A stretch of 64,000 nt of DNA from Mobula birostris (GCF_030028105.1 NC_092376.1:92006230-92070229); one strand, 5' to 3'. Shown: positions 50,930-64,000, numbered from the stretch's first letter. Numbers and translations: made by a program. Notes: a model not told the origin generated them from the letters alone.

Positions 50930-51720
50930 TTTGTTTCAAAGGTTTCAAAGGTACATTTAATGTCAGGGAATGTACTTTTATTCGTAACCATCCACAAAAA
51001 CAGGAGTGCCCCAAGGAATGAGCAACAGTTAAATGTTAGAACCCCAAAATACCCCCAGCTCCCCCCTCCCCTCCCGTCATCTCCAAAAGCAGCGAAACAA
51101 TGATCTCCCCTCCCCACCAGCAAAAAAAAAACATTGGCAGCCAGCATCGAGCACTCAAGCACACCAAAGCATCGACGAAGACACAGACTTGCAGTACCCC
51201 AAAGACTGCTTGTTCATCCACAGGCTTTCTCTCCCTAATAAAGGAAAAGGAGGTGTCCCCATTTCACAGCGAAAGGTGAGACATAACAAACAGCTCACTG
51301 ATTTATGGTGTTAAAAGCCTGTTGCATTGCTTCTTCCGAGCTCTTCAGAACTCGGGTCTCTGGGCACACAGCCAGCAGCCAGCTCACTGCTTTCAATCTT
51401 CCGTGTATTCACATGACACAATAGATTGCTGTGGAGGTGCCAACTGCAGTCTGCCCGCCTCCAGAGCCACAAAATCCCAAAACTCTGAAGGTGCGTTAGA
51501 CTTCTAGGCCACGTTGTTGGCATATCGAATAGCCAGTTGTGAGACCCTGAAAGCAGGTCCCATTGCCACAAAGAACCAAAGTCAACATGTAACTCCAGGT
51601 CAGAGCCTTCAACAGAACCCTGAAAGGGAAAAAATAGGGATATTAAAGATAGACATAGAGCTGTTTCCAAAGAAGCAAGCAAAGGAATTGCTGTTAGGCA
51701 TCATCTTCTCCTAAGCTCCA
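50930..51720 (-). mobile_element. Non-coding L2-related non-autonomous retroposon
   Basis: Minus-strand 5' end ggagcttaggagaagatgatgcc. Tail acattaaatgtacctttgaaacctttgaaac, like the L2 tails elsewhere in the window. Confidence 0.55.
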
Positions 51721-51721
51721 C

Positions 51722-52268
51722 CTGCTTTTTGTATTCCATTCCCCTTTCTCAATCTGACATGGCTGTCCATGGCCTCCTCTGATGAGGTCACTCTCATGTT
51801 GGAGGAGTAACACCTTATACTCCATCATATTTCTCTAACTTTCTGTGATATTTTTCCCTTCCCCTTCCCTTTTCTTCATTTCTCTACTCTATCCCCCTCT
51901 TGCCTCTTCTACTCTTCTTCTCACCTGCCTATCATCTCCCCCCTGGTGCCCCTTCTCCTTCCCTTTCCCCCATGGTGCACTCTCCTCTCCTGTCAGATTC
52001 CTTCTTTCCCAACTCTTTACCTTTTCCACCTGTAAATTTCCAGCTTCTTACTTCACTCCCCTCTCCAACCCACCTTCTAACTTTTACTCCTTCCCCTCCC
52101 CCATCTTCTTTTCTACATCTTCCTACTTACTTTCCAGTCCTGATGAAAGGTCTTGGCCCAAAACATTAATTGTTTATTCTTTTCCATAGATACTGCCTGA
52201 CCGGTGCAGTTCCTCCAGTATTTTCTGTGTATTGCACTAGATTTCCAGCATCTGCAGAACCTCGAGTT
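51722..52268 (+). mobile_element. Penelope-like element 3' end (GIY-YIG tail remnant, pyrimidine tract, decayed hammerhead)
   Basis: SDMAVHGLL..EVTLMLEE*HLI. Then gtcCTGATGAaaggtcttggcccAAAAcatt at ~52137-52167. Confidence 0.75.
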
Positions 52269-53771
52269 TATTTTGACATTAACATTCCCATTTTTCATTT
52301 TCCTATTGCTATCTATATTCAATAGTTTGCTTTTTTCCCCAATAAATAAAGTTCAAAGTGTTGGATTTTATTTCATTGTCTGAACGGTTATTTTCATGAT
52401 TCCCAGAATCAAGCTGAATAAATCATGGAAAGCTCTTACAAAACCATAAGTGATTTGAGAATAAAGGAGAAACTGAATCCCCATAGTGATAATTTCCATT
52501 ACTGAACATCCCAGTACAGTCCGGGCTTTAGAGAAGGACAAACATGAAATCAATCAACCAGCAAAACATTTTTATGTCTCTCATAAACAGCATTGAAGCA
52601 TAAAACAGTTGAATAATTATCATTTTGTGTTGTTCTGAAGAAAGATCCTGGAATAAGCCAATAACTGATGAATTAAAATGGTTCAATGGGATTAACAGCT
52701 TCCCTTAAAGCAGTAACAATTGTCTTCCGTAAGTCTACTTCCACCAGGCTTTATTATTCAGTGGGAATCTAGCACAGTTTAAAACTTTTACACCCTGAAT
52801 AATTTGCACCTTGTTTTCAATTCAAGTAGAGAAAATTACTAAAATAATACTTTACATAGAATACTTTGGTTCCTTTGATGGAATCAAAAAAAGATGAGAT
52901 TAGATTTTTTCTGAAGTAGATTTCACAAAATGTAACTTGTACTGTAAGTGCTCTTCAGATACACCATCATTAAAATAAGCTCACAATCAAAGTTCTGGGT
53001 GGTACGGCTCCCAGCTCCGATTTCTTAAAGAAAACTGTCCTTAAATTTCTATCCTTGAGAAATTGTTTTAGGAAACCTTCACAGGCTTTGGCACCTCAGC
53101 ATAAAATGAAGTTTCTATTGATCTTCAGCTGAAATTAACGATAGGGCAGGAAGAACCTAACAGAATTTTCAATTTTAATTGTATCAACTTCATGAACTAA
53201 CCAAGATCACACTTGCATGCGGTAAATGAAAGATGTTTTCCTTTGCTAGCCATCTCTAATTAATACCTGATTCAGTGCTGAAACATTACATAGATAATGT
53301 ATTAATTGGGAATGTCAGAGCAATCTCACAAAGTGTTAACACCACAAAGTCCTTTATTTGCTACTCAGGAATTCATTCAGATTCATTCCTCTATTTGATA
53401 TAAGGTTCAGCATAAAAAATACCAAATGTGATTGAGTGAATTAAAGTAATTTCAATTGCTTGTGCAATTTTCACAATAACATTAAATCTCAATGATACAC
53501 CAATGGAATAGCTTGTGAGTTCTGAACAGTAACAAATAAGGATTGGATTTCCAATACGATATTTGTTATTCAATGCAAAGTATTAGGATTTTTATTTTTG
53601 CTCCTGTTTGAGTGCCATCATTGTGTAGGTCCAACTGGAAAGATACAATTTATACTTAGAGTCATTTTACAACATCTGCTGAGTTTCATGCGCTGAGCTC
53701 TGCAACATATAACTAGAAATTTGGCTATCTCAAGTTCAAGTCAAGTTTACTGTCTGACCTTTCATACGGGC

Positions 53772-54325
53772 GAGGGCTCTCTCAGTCAGCGTCAACCACA
53801 GAAGTTGCATCCTAGCTGCTTAGTTATGAAAGACAAGGCAGTGCGATATGGAGAGCAGCTGTTGCCCATGTAGCAAGTGCCCCTCTCTATGCATCTGATG
53901 AACCCAAAGGAACGGCAGGGACCAATACTATTTGGTACCAGCTGTGTTATAGGAGTTGCTAGTCAGCCTTGAACTCAATGTAGGGTTGCCTTAGCTCTGG
54001 ATATCTCCCTTGGACTTTACTCTTGAAGCCTTCCCCATGAATGGAGCAGAGGTTTGAGATCAGAGTTCTCCTTTTCTTAGATGAGCTGCTAACCACGGCT
54101 GACGAGGCCCATCTGCCCAAGCGGCTGGTTTTAAGGTGCCAGTAACCTACCTTTGTCCCTTCTCCTGTCAATAGAAACAGTTCCGCTAGACTTAGTAGCT
54201 AAGCCACACTTGAAGGCCAGCAGTTTGACTTGGATATCAGAGGCTATTTGAGGTGCACATCATCAGGAGAATTTAAAAGGCAGTGGGAGCTTGTCCCTAT
54301 TACCACCCCTGGCTGTAACAACCTT
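53772..54325 (-). mobile_element. RTE-derived non-autonomous retroposon, copy 2 (longest 5' end), inserted in an L2-tail fragment
   Basis: Its reverse complement aligns with 43952-44458 and extends further 5' (aaggttgttacagccaggggtggtaatagggacaagctccc). Confidence 0.72.
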
Positions 54326-54509
54326 AAAATACAACTTTTCACATACAGCACAGAATACAACCAAACAAAACAGTGTTCCTTCGGACCATGGTGCACCCAC
54401 AAAACATATATCACACACAGCCCATAAAACAAAATATTACCACAAATAAGTTAATAAAATATAATTCAAAGTTCATGTAGTGCACAGAACAGGTAAACAG
54501 TAAACAGTT

Positions 54510-54610
54510 CAACCCTAAGATTGCTCTGTGTCTCAGCGTTATTAAACCCTAAGATCACTCTGTGTCTCAGTACTAGTAATCCCTAAGATCACTATGTCTC
54601 ATTGCTATTA
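54510..54610. repeat. Three ~33-nt tandem copies (aaccctaagatcactctgtgtctcag...)
   Basis: Directly visible. Confidence 0.75.
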
Positions 54611-54639
54611 AAGTATACTTTAACAGTATACAGTATACT

Positions 54640-55700
54640 TAACAGCATACTTTCTCGTTTTATGTGACCTTCCAAAGTACAGCACCTCATACTTGGCTAG
54701 ATTAAACTCCATTTGCCACTTCTCTGTCTATATCTGTAACTGATCTATTCCCATTTTATTCCTTGATAGTCCTTTACACTGTTCACTACTCTTGTAATTA
54801 TTGGTGCCATTGACAAACTTGCAAATCCACCCATTTATATTTCCATTCAAATCTTTGATAAATATCACAAACATCAGAGGACCCAGCACCAGTCCTTGTG
54901 GATCACTGGTCATTCATCTTCAATCAAAGTAATAGCCCTGTGCTCCAACTCCTGGTCTTCTGTGGATAAGCCAGTTCTAAATCTAAACTTGCCATTCTCT
55001 CTGGATCCCACACATCCTTAATCTTCGGAATCTATCTACCACAAGGAATCTCAACAAATACCTTTATCCGTGAAGATAAAGTCCATTTCCTTACATCATC
55101 AATCACCTTCAGCGCCTCCTCAGAAAACTCAGTCACAATTGTAAGAAACGACCTGTTCTGCACAAAGACATACTGACTGACCCTAAGCCTTTCCACGTGC
55201 ACCTAAATCATATCCTTCAGTATCTTCTTCCAAGCTTCTATAGCACGATCATGAAGCTCACTGCCTATAATTGTCTGGATTTTCCCTATTCCCTTCTTGA
55301 ATAAAGACATGTTTTATTGTCCAGTCTTTTGCAATCTCTCCTGTCATACTGAGGACTCTAAGATCCTCGCTTGTTTCTTTCAATATTCTGGAATACGTGC
55401 TATCAGGTCTGGGGACTTATCTACCTTACTGCTTTTCAGAAGACCCAACATTAGTTCCTCCTTAATCTTAAAATTGTCCAGTACCATACTATATTATTAC
55501 TGTCTTCCAAATCTTTCTCCTCAGTAAATATTGAAGCAAAGTATTCATTTAGTACTTCAGCCACTTGCTCTGACTCCAAGCACAAATTTCCTTCTTTATC
55601 CCTAAGTAGACATACCCTCTCCTTCATTACCTTCTTCTTTTAAAATGCAAGTATAAAATGCTTTTGGATTTTCCTTGATCCTGATCTGCATGGACAATTG
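54640..55700 (-). mobile_element. Old CR1 RT fragment
   Basis: TSDPQGLVLGPLMFVIFIKDL..WICKFVNGT. Confidence 0.8.
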
Positions 55701-55769
55701 AAATCATCCAACTGAAATTCTGAAACAATTTTTCATTATGTTGGCATAACCAAACATTTTATTTATCTA

Positions 55770-56023
55770 TTTTATTTAGAGATACAGCACAGTAAAAGGC
55801 TCTTTTGGCCCAACAAGGCCTTGTCTCCCAGTTACACCCATGTGACTAATTAACATAGTAACCCATACATATTTGGAATGTGGGAGGAAACCAGAGCACC
55901 TGGAGGAAACGCACATGGCCATAGGGAGAATGTACAAACTCCTCACACACAGCGGCACAAATGAAGCTGGTTTGCTGGAGGTCTGTAATAGTGTTATGCT
56001 AATCACTATGTTACTGTGCACCC
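55770..56023 (-). mobile_element. tRNA-derived V-SINE (HE1-like) with CR1-derived tail
   Basis: V-domain gtttgtacattctccc..gtttcctccaggtgctctggtttcctcccaca on the minus strand. Confidence 0.8.
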
Positions 56024-56157
56024 ACAGCTTGTATCACACTCAAAAAAAAGCTGAAGAATTTAAAAGAAATATTTGAAATGTTCTCCATTTTCATTATAAG
56101 TTCATAGAAATTTTTCTCAGGTGGATCCCACTTCTGATGAGAGCTTTCTTTGTTTAG

Positions 56158-56409
56158 GTTGCTTCCAGCTCTGTAACGTTTTCGGAACACATGACATGGA
56201 AATTGATCCGTGTTTACTGGAGTCACTCCCTTCAGGACAGCAGCAGTTGGTGAAACGCATTCGATGTGATCAAGTAAAGGCATATTATGAGCGGGAAAAA
56301 CTCCAACAACAGACTGGATGTAAACACAAACATGCAAAGAAGAGGAGTGTCCACTTTAGCTCTACGGACATGATACAGGAGGCTATAATACGGCATGATG
56401 ATAAAGAAG
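56158..56409 (+). CDS. MYO16: Myosin XVI coding exon 2 (N-terminus with PP1-binding RVxF motif, up to the ankyrin region)
   Basis: Acceptor tttctttgtttag|, donor GAAG|gtattg, 252 nt, phase 1-1. [70 protein letters not shown] matches recalled human [57 protein letters not shown]. Internal ATG at 56196. Confidence 0.96.
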
Positions 56410-56849
56410 GTATTGTAGCTTAAAGATTTTAATACTGTCTGCCCTATAGTCCCTCACGTATAAAGTGAGGAAGATCACAAGTTTCCATTAATTACAGCCA
56501 TGCTCACTGAGCGTATTTATGAATGAACATGATGAATTACTTAAGTCCATTTCATCACCTTAGATAGCATTGATACTCAATAACTGAAGCAGAAATGTGG
56601 ATGGAAGGGTAAGATTTAACCCTGCATGACCCTATCTCTGTATGCTGATACTTTGTTTAGCATAGTGCAAATGTTCCCAGAACAAGAATATCAAAAGTTT
56701 CTTTGATATGATGGGAGGGAGGTTGGTTACTATGGGATTTAATATGAAGAGAAACATTACTGTCAGCACGACTGTGAATGCCAACCCTACTCACTCATAG
56801 AGCACTACAGCACAGAAATGGGCCCTTCAGCCCATCTAGTTCATGCTCA

Positions 56850-57858
56850 ATGTGTATATTAATGCTAGGAGTATTACAATCAAAGATGATTAACTAAGAG
56901 CATGGATCATGACATGGGACTATAATGTTGTGGCCAATACAGTGGTTGAGAGGACAGGAATAGGCGCTTAATGTGCCAGGGTTTTGATGTTTTACGAAAG
57001 ATAGTGAAGGTGGGGGAGTCGCACTACTAATCAGAGACAATATCACGGCATCACTGAAAGGGGACATAATGGAAGCTCATCTACTCAGTCTATATGGGTA
57101 AACTCAAAAATAGGAAGGATGAAATCACTCTGATGGGATTGTACTACAGAACCCCCAATAGACACTGGGACATTGAGGAACAGATATACAGGCAGATTTA
57201 AGAAACGTGTAAAATCAATAGGGTTGTTGTGATGGGGGACTTCAACTTCCCTAATATATACTGGGACCTTATTAGTGCAAGATGTTTAGCTGGGGGCAGA
57301 GCTTGTTAGGTGCATCGGGGGGGGGGGGTGGATTCTTAAATCAATGTATAGGTAGTCCAACAGGAGGAGGGGCTGCACTGGACCTGGTGTTGAGTAAAGA
57401 GAAGAGAACCTTGGATGTCAGGAGAGGTGATGAATTTAGTCAAGAAAAAATAGGAAAAGTAGGAAGCTAGAATCAAACAGAGCCCTTGAGGTTTATTAAG
57501 AAGCCAGAAAAGAACTCAGTAAGGGAATTATGAAAACCAAAGGGGCCATGAAAAGTCCTTGGCTAGTAGGATTAAGGAGAATCCCAAGGCATTCTATACA
57601 TACATCGGGAGTAAGAGGATAACTAGGGACAGGTTAGGCCCGATCAAGGATAAGGGGGGGGGGGAACATTTTCTTGGTTGTGAAGGATGTGAGCGAGGTA
57701 CTTAGTGAGTACTTTACATCAGTATTTACCAAAGAGGGTAACATGGAGATCAGTGCTGAAGGTACTAATATGTTAGGGCATTTCAGGTTAAAGCAGGAAG
57801 TATTATTGGGTCTCTTAAAGAGAATTAAGGTGGATAGGTCACCAGGGTCTGATGAGTT
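56850..57858 (+). mobile_element. Old CR1 ORF2 fragment (endonuclease/tether)
   Basis: YYRTPN..IEEQI, GDFNFPNI, SEVLSEYFTSVFTKE, VDRSPGSD. Confidence 0.82.
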
Positions 57859-58288
57859 ATGAGGGCCTCCGTTGGTCAGAGCTGACCATGGGTATTGCAT
57901 CCCAGCTGTCTAGATACTCTAATCCGGGCAGTACAACATGGAGAGCAACCTGTTGCCCATGTAGCAAGCTCCCCCTCTCCACACATCTGATGAATCCAAA
58001 GGAAGGGCAGAGACCAATAACAGTTTGGTACCAGCAGTGTTGCAGGAGTTGCCAGTCAGCATTGAACTCAATGTAAGACTGCCTTTGGGACTCCATTTCT
58101 GGATTTTTCCCTCGGGGTTTACTCCCGAAGCCTTCCCCATGAGTGGGTATAGCCGCAAGGCAGCGGAAGTTTGAGATCAGAGTTTTCCTTCTCCCAGATG
58201 AGCTGCCAACCATGGCTGATAAGCCCCATCTGCCCAAAGTGACTGGTTTTAAGGCAGCAATGACCCGCCTTTGTCCCTTCTCCTATCA
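57859..58288 (-). mobile_element. RTE-derived non-autonomous retroposon, copy 3 (5'-truncated)
   Basis: Aligns with copies 1 and 2. Confidence 0.75.
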
Positions 58289-58374
58289 AAGTTCTACATG
58301 ATATCCAAGTCATTAATGTAGGTGGATGCTTTGATAATTCAGCAGTCTTTAATGTAAGTAAGTCATCAATGTTA

Positions 58375-58528
58375 ATAGAGGAAAGACTACAGTTGACATT
58401 TCGGGCCAAAACCCTTCGGCAGGACGGAAGTACATTTTTCCATAGATTCTGCCTGGCCTGCTGAGTGCCTGCAGCATTCAGTGTGTGTTGCTCAGATTTC
58501 CAGCATCTGCAGATTTTCCCTTGTTCGT
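58375..58528. mobile_element. Penelope-derived palindromic fragment
   Basis: Minus strand cctgccgaagggttttggcccgaaatgtcaac, plus the right arm ending gatttccagcatctgcaga. Confidence 0.7.
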
Positions 58529-59283
58529 GACCAAGAAGTAGAAAATCATGCGGATAAATGTGAGATGAAGTCACACCTGATCAACATACACTTCTTGGAA
58601 AGTTTTACTCTATTGATGTCAAGTACATTGAGGGCAATAATTCCAATTTTAATGCCTGGAATGTACCAGACAAAATCTGTTTTGATACTAACGCAGAGCA
58701 GATAATTTACATGACAGAATGCCAGAGAGTGGGTCATGTCCATTTCCATGGTGAATACTCAGGGATAACATCCACGTGAAGACTAAGAAAAACTCCACTT
58801 TTCTTCAGAAACGTTCTACAGGCTCCTCTGCATCCGCCTCAGTGTACTTCTGGCTTCTGCCTGTGGCTGTGTGGAAGGAGAAGCATGCTCCATTACACAC
58901 TGCACCATGAATGTGTAAAAGTCACTGAGCTGCAAACCATTGCCTCACTAGGACTGATGTACAACTACTTCAGCACAAAGTCTTATTTAAACTTTCACTT
59001 TGATGCATCTCTGGCATTTCTGATAGACAGAAAGGACCATGCATTCACCATTTGTACTGTAACACAAAAAAGACCTCCCTGTTGTGTTCGTAATCCAAGT
59101 GTATGGTGTCTCTCTGTAAGGGGCTCAAACAGCAGTAATGTTAAATTAAAGCACTATACTGCCAGGTTTTAATTATAGTTTAGTCATTTTAGATGTGTGT
59201 TACATATGCCAGAGATACAAATTACTGAGAAAGGCCAATAATGAGACAAGTTACAGGAAATGGAGCGAGGTGGATACCCAACC

Positions 59284-61190
59284 TCTGCACTGGGACTGGG
59301 ACAGAATGGACACACTCTCCTTCTGCAGTGTAACTGAAACTGGGTGGAACTCCCCCCCCTGCACAGGGACTGGGACAGAATGGACACACTCTCCTTCTGC
59401 AGTGTAACTGAGACTGGGTGGAACTCTCCTCCTGCAATGGGACTGGGACAGAGTAGACACACTCTCCCCCTGCACTGGGACTGGGACAGGATGGACACAC
59501 TCTCCCCCTGCACTGGGACTGGGACAGAGTGGAGACACTCTCCCTCTGCAGTGTAACTGAGACTGGGTGGAACTCTCCCCCTGCAGTGTTACAGGGACAG
59601 AGTAGACACACTCTCCCCCTGCACTGGAACTGGGACAGGGTGGACACACTCTCCCTCTGCAGTGTAACTGGGACTGGGTGGAACTCTCCCCCTGCAGTGT
59701 TACAGGGACAGAGTAGACACACTCTCCCCCTGCACTGGAACTGGGACAGGGTGGACACACTCTCCCCCTGCACTGGGACTGGGACAGGGACAGAGACAGA
59801 GTGGACACACTCTCCCCCTGCACTGGGACAAGGTGGACACACTCTCCCCCTGCACTGGAACTGGGACAGGGTGGACACACTCTCCCTCTGCAGTGTAACT
59901 GGGACTGGGTGGAACTCTCCCCCTGCAGTGTTACAGGGACAGAGTAGACACACTCTCCCCCTGCACTGGGACAAGGTGGACACACTCTCCCCCTGCACTG
60001 GGACTGGGACAGAATGGACACACTCTCCCTCTGCAGTGTAACTGGGACTGGGTGGAACTCTCCCCCTGCAGTGTTACAGGGACAGAGTAGACACACTCTC
60101 CCCCTGCACTGGGACTGGGACAGAATGGACACACTCTCCCTCTGCAGTGTAACTGAGACTGGGTGGAACTCTCCCCCTGCAGTGTTACAGGGACAGAGTA
60201 GACACACTCTCCCCCTGCACTGGAACTGGGACAGGGTGGACACACTCTCCCTCTGCAGTGTAACTGGGACTGGGTGGAACTCTCCCCCTGCAGTGTTACA
60301 GGGACAGAGTAGACACACTCTCCCCCTGCACTGGGACAAGGTGGACACACTCTCCCCCTGCACTGGGACTGGGACAGAATGGACACACTCTCCCTCTGCA
60401 GTGTAACTGAGACTGGGTGGAATTCTCCCCCTGCAGTGTTACAGGGACAGAGTAGACACACTCTCCCCCTGCACTGGAACTGGGACAGGGTGGACACACT
60501 CTCCCCCTGCACTGGGACTGGGACAGGGACAGAGTGGACACACTCTCCCCCTGCACTGGGACAAGGTGGACACACTCTCCTCCTGCACTGGGACTGGGAC
60601 AGAATGGACACACTCTCCCTCTGCAGTGTAACTGAGACTGGGTGGAACTCTCCCCCTGCAGTGTTACAGGGACAGAGTAGACACACTCTCCCCCTGCACT
60701 GGGACAAGGTGGACACACTCTCCCCCTGCACTGGGACTGGGACAGAATGGACACACTCTCCCTCTGCAGTGTAACTGAGACTGGGTGGAATTCTCCCCCT
60801 GCAGTGTTACAGGGACAGAGTAGACACACTCTCCCCCTGCACTGGAACTGGGACAGGGTGGACACACTCTCCCCCTGCACTGGGACTGGGACAGGGACAG
60901 AGTGGACACACTCTCCCCCTGCACTGGGACAAGGTGGACACACTCTCCCCCTGCACTGGGACTGGGACAGGGACAGAGTGGACACACTCTCCCTCTGCAG
61001 TGTAACTGAGACTGGGTGGAACTCTCCCCCTGCAGTGTTACAGGGACAGAGTAGACACACTCTCCCCCTGCACTGGGACAAGGTGGACACACTCTCCCCC
61101 TGCACTGGGACTGGGACAGGGACAGAGTGGACACACTCTCCCCCTGCACTTGGACTGTGACAGGGTGGACACACTCAATCCCCTTGCACT
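59284..61190. repeat. Homogeneous modular minisatellite in MYO16 intron 2 (32-, 35-, 38- and 44-bp cassettes)
   Basis: Each unit is CTGCA + 2-4 hexamers (CTGGGA-like) + RGACACAC or GGAAC + TCTCCC(C/T). Copies of each cassette are near-identical. Confidence 0.96.
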
Positions 61191-61344
61191 CATCACAGGT
61201 GAACTAATGAAAAAGGAAGTGCGGAGATCTACTAGAAGAAAGCGATCGGATGAAGTATAGAAGTTACTTTGATATATAAAAGAATAAATGAAACATGGTA
61301 AGCACTATGAGCAGCTCTTTAGAAGGGAACCATTTTCTAATTTT

Positions 61345-63168
61345 TACTTTTTTATTTGGTGGTACAGCTTGGAACAGTTCCTTCCAACCCATCGAGCTAC
61401 ACTGCCCAGCAACCAGCAACCCAGCAAATGAACTAACCACTTGGTTCTGAAAGAGATAGCTGAAGACATTGTGAGCCCATTACTAATAATCTTTCAATGA
61501 TCACTTGACTGTGGCATTGTTCTGGAGGACTGGAAAGCTGCAAATGTCACTCCACTCTTTAAAAAGGGAGTAAGGTCAAAAAAAAAAGAATTTATAGGCC
61601 AGTTAGCCTTACATCAGTGATTTGGAAGATGTTGGAGGACATTCTCAAGGATGAGGTTTAAGGGAACTTGGATGCACATGATAAATTAGGCCAAACTCAA
61701 CATAGCTTTGTTAATGGGACATTTTGCCTGACAAATCTGTTGGAAATCTTTCAGGAAATAACAGTCACGATAGACAAAGGAGAGTCAGTGGATGTTGTTT
61801 ACTTGCATTTTCAGAAGGCCTTTGTTAGGGTGCTGCATATGAGGCTGCTTGACAAGGTAAGAGCCCATGATATTACAGAAAAGATACTAGCATAGATAGA
61901 TGGTTGGCCTACTGGCAGGAGACAATGAGTGGCTGTTAAGGTGGCCTGCCTATTCTGGTTGCGGCTGGTGACCGGTGGGAGTGCTTGTTTTCATGGTGTA
62001 TGTCAATGGTTTGGATGATGGATTTGATGGCTTAGTGGCTAAGTTTGCGGATGATACAAATATATGTGGAGGGGCAGGAAATGTTGAAGCAGGGAGTCTG
62101 CAGAAGGACTTAGACAAATTAGGAGAATGGGTAAGGACATGCCAGATGGAATATAATGCAGGGAAATGTATGGTCATGCACTTTGGTGGAAGGAATAAAG
62201 GCATAGACTATTATCTATATGGGGAGAAAATTGAAAAGTCAGCAATGCAAAGGGACGTAGGAGTCCTTGCCCAGGATTCCCTGAAAGTTAACATGCAGGT
62301 TGAGTTGGTGGTGAGGAAGGCAAATGCAATGTTGGCAGGCATTTTGAGAAGACTAGAATATAAGACCAAAGATGTGATGCACAAGCTTTATAAGGCATTG
62401 GCCAGGCCACACTTGGAATATTGTGAACAGTTTTGGGCTTCTTATCTGAGATAAGACATGCTGGTATTGGACAGGATCCAGAGCAGGTTCACAAGAATGA
62501 TTCTGGGAATGAAAGAGTTAACATACGAGGAGAGTTTGATGGTTCTGAGCTTGTACTTGCTAGAGTTTAGAAAAGTGAGGGGGCATCTCATTGAAACCTG
62601 TCACATATTGAAAGGCCTAGATGGGTGGATGTAGAAGGGATTTTTCCTAGTGGACCAAAGAGCACAACCTTAGAACAGAGCGACATCCATTTACAACAGA
62701 GATGAGGATGAATTTTTAGGCAAATCTGGTGAATCTGTGGAATTCATTGCCATGGACTACTGTGGAGGCCAAGTCAATATATTTAAAGTGGAGGTTGATT
62801 GGCTCTTGATTAGTCAGGGTGTCAAATGTTACAGGGAGAAGGCAGGAGAATGGTGTTGAAAGAGATTATAAATCAGCCATGAGGAAATGGTAGAGCAAAC
62901 TCCATGGCCTGAGTGGCCTAATTCTGCTCCAGTGTCTTATGGGCTTAACAAATACCTAACCACAGAATAATTTATGATGACCAACTAACCTCCTAACAAG
63001 TACATTTTTGGACTGTGGAAGGAAAGCAGAATAGCCGAAGGAGACCCATGCGGTTCATGGAGAAAATGTAAAAAATCCTTACACACGGCGCTGGAATTGA
63101 ACTCCAAACTCCAGGAAGCCTCAAGATGTAATAGCGTTTCGCTAACCACGATGCTATAGAGATGTCCA
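61345..63168 (-). mobile_element. V-SINE split by a CR1 insertion (pieces ~61345-61425 and ~62948-63168)
   Basis: Tail tttatttggtggtacagc on the left. V-domain and tRNA head (ggactgtggaaggaaagc..gctaaccacgatgct) on the right. Confidence 0.65.
61426..62947 (+). mobile_element. CR1 RT + 3' UTR, degenerate
   Basis: CLTNLLEIFQE, VAKFADDT, LYKALARPHLEYCEQFW. Tail tcttatgggctta. Confidence 0.92.
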
Positions 63169-64000
63169 TGCTCCAGGCATGCTGACGTTTTAATCCCTGA
63201 TGTGATTCCTAATACTACAACTCTAAGAGGGTAGTCATATCAGTGATCATATCATATGATTAATCATCAGACTGAAAATTAATCAAGAAATAAAATTATT
63301 TATACAGCAGTGAAAATAATCTATGATAAATGTGTTTACAAGAATAAAGACATCAGGACTTTCCCTTTTTCTCAATTTATAAGGCAAGAGCATTGGTGCT
63401 ATGTTGTGCTGTTCAGATTCCATGGTAACAAAATTGGTACTTTGGGACTTGACTCTGTTACTTTTGTTGTTGCAATGATGAAGCATTGTCTATTTAACCT
63501 TTCATTATCAGTCGGGGGTTTGAATATAACCCCTGTTTGGAGTTGCGCTGTTCTACTCACAAAAGTTAATTCTCAGGGAAAGTGAGTTACAGAAAGATTC
63601 TTCAGCCATGTTGCTGGACAGGAAAAGCAGAAATACCTACCTTGAAATTTGCCAATAGGATTGTCCTACAGTGCAAAGGATGCTTGATTTCTGACTCCCA
63701 GCAGTGCAGCAAGGACCTCGCTCCGCTGGGGATGCAAGCAGAGTTCATTGAACCGGTCACAATCTAACCTGAGAAAAAAGTAAGCTCCAGCTGTAACTAC
63801 TGGCCAATGACGCTGATGCCAGGGAAGGAGAGTCTCACTAGTCAGTAGTTACTGCTGTAACTTGGCCTTCTTGTCATCTGCTGGCACCAATGATTTTGCT
63901 GAAGTTTGTCCTGCTGGCTGACAGGAGGTTTCTAATTGAGTGAAGCCCTGGGAAGGAGCAGGGTCACTGGTTTAGCCTGGGAATCTGATTTCAAAGTTTA

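Noticed and set aside
56121-56157. ORF-track N-terminus [13 protein letters not shown]
   Set aside because: It starts at GTG in intronic sequence. Homology begins after the AG at 56157.
59195-61174. Long Cys-rich ORFs (up to 370 aa) on both strands
   Set aside because: They are translations of a stop-poor minisatellite, open in several frames, with no gene structure.

Overview
Repeat-dense vertebrate genomic DNA. The mix of CR1, L2, Penelope, V-SINE and Gypsy families suggests a cartilaginous fish, probably a ray (inference). The only host gene I can support is the 5' end of MYO16 (myosin XVI) on the + strand: a 28-nt first coding exon (33859-33886), a 22.3-kb intron, and exon 2 (56158-56409). 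Spliced, they read [34 protein letters not shown]...RSVHF...IRHDDKE. The rest is two minisatellite arrays, unique intronic/upstream DNA and deeply nested transposons: many CR1 LINEs, three Gypsy elements plus a solo LTR, a class I ERV with env, L1, L2, R4/Dong, RTE-derived and Penelope-derived elements, hAT-Charlie and Tigger. Highlights are a Sleeping Beauty-type IR/DR apparently co-inserted with a CR1, a twin-primed 5'-inverted L1, a Gypsy with inverted gag-pro, small templated insertions, decayed ribozyme motifs, and candidate uORFs and an alternative first exon for MYO16. I found no convincing wholly new multi-gene system. Family calls come from recalled motifs, not database searches.
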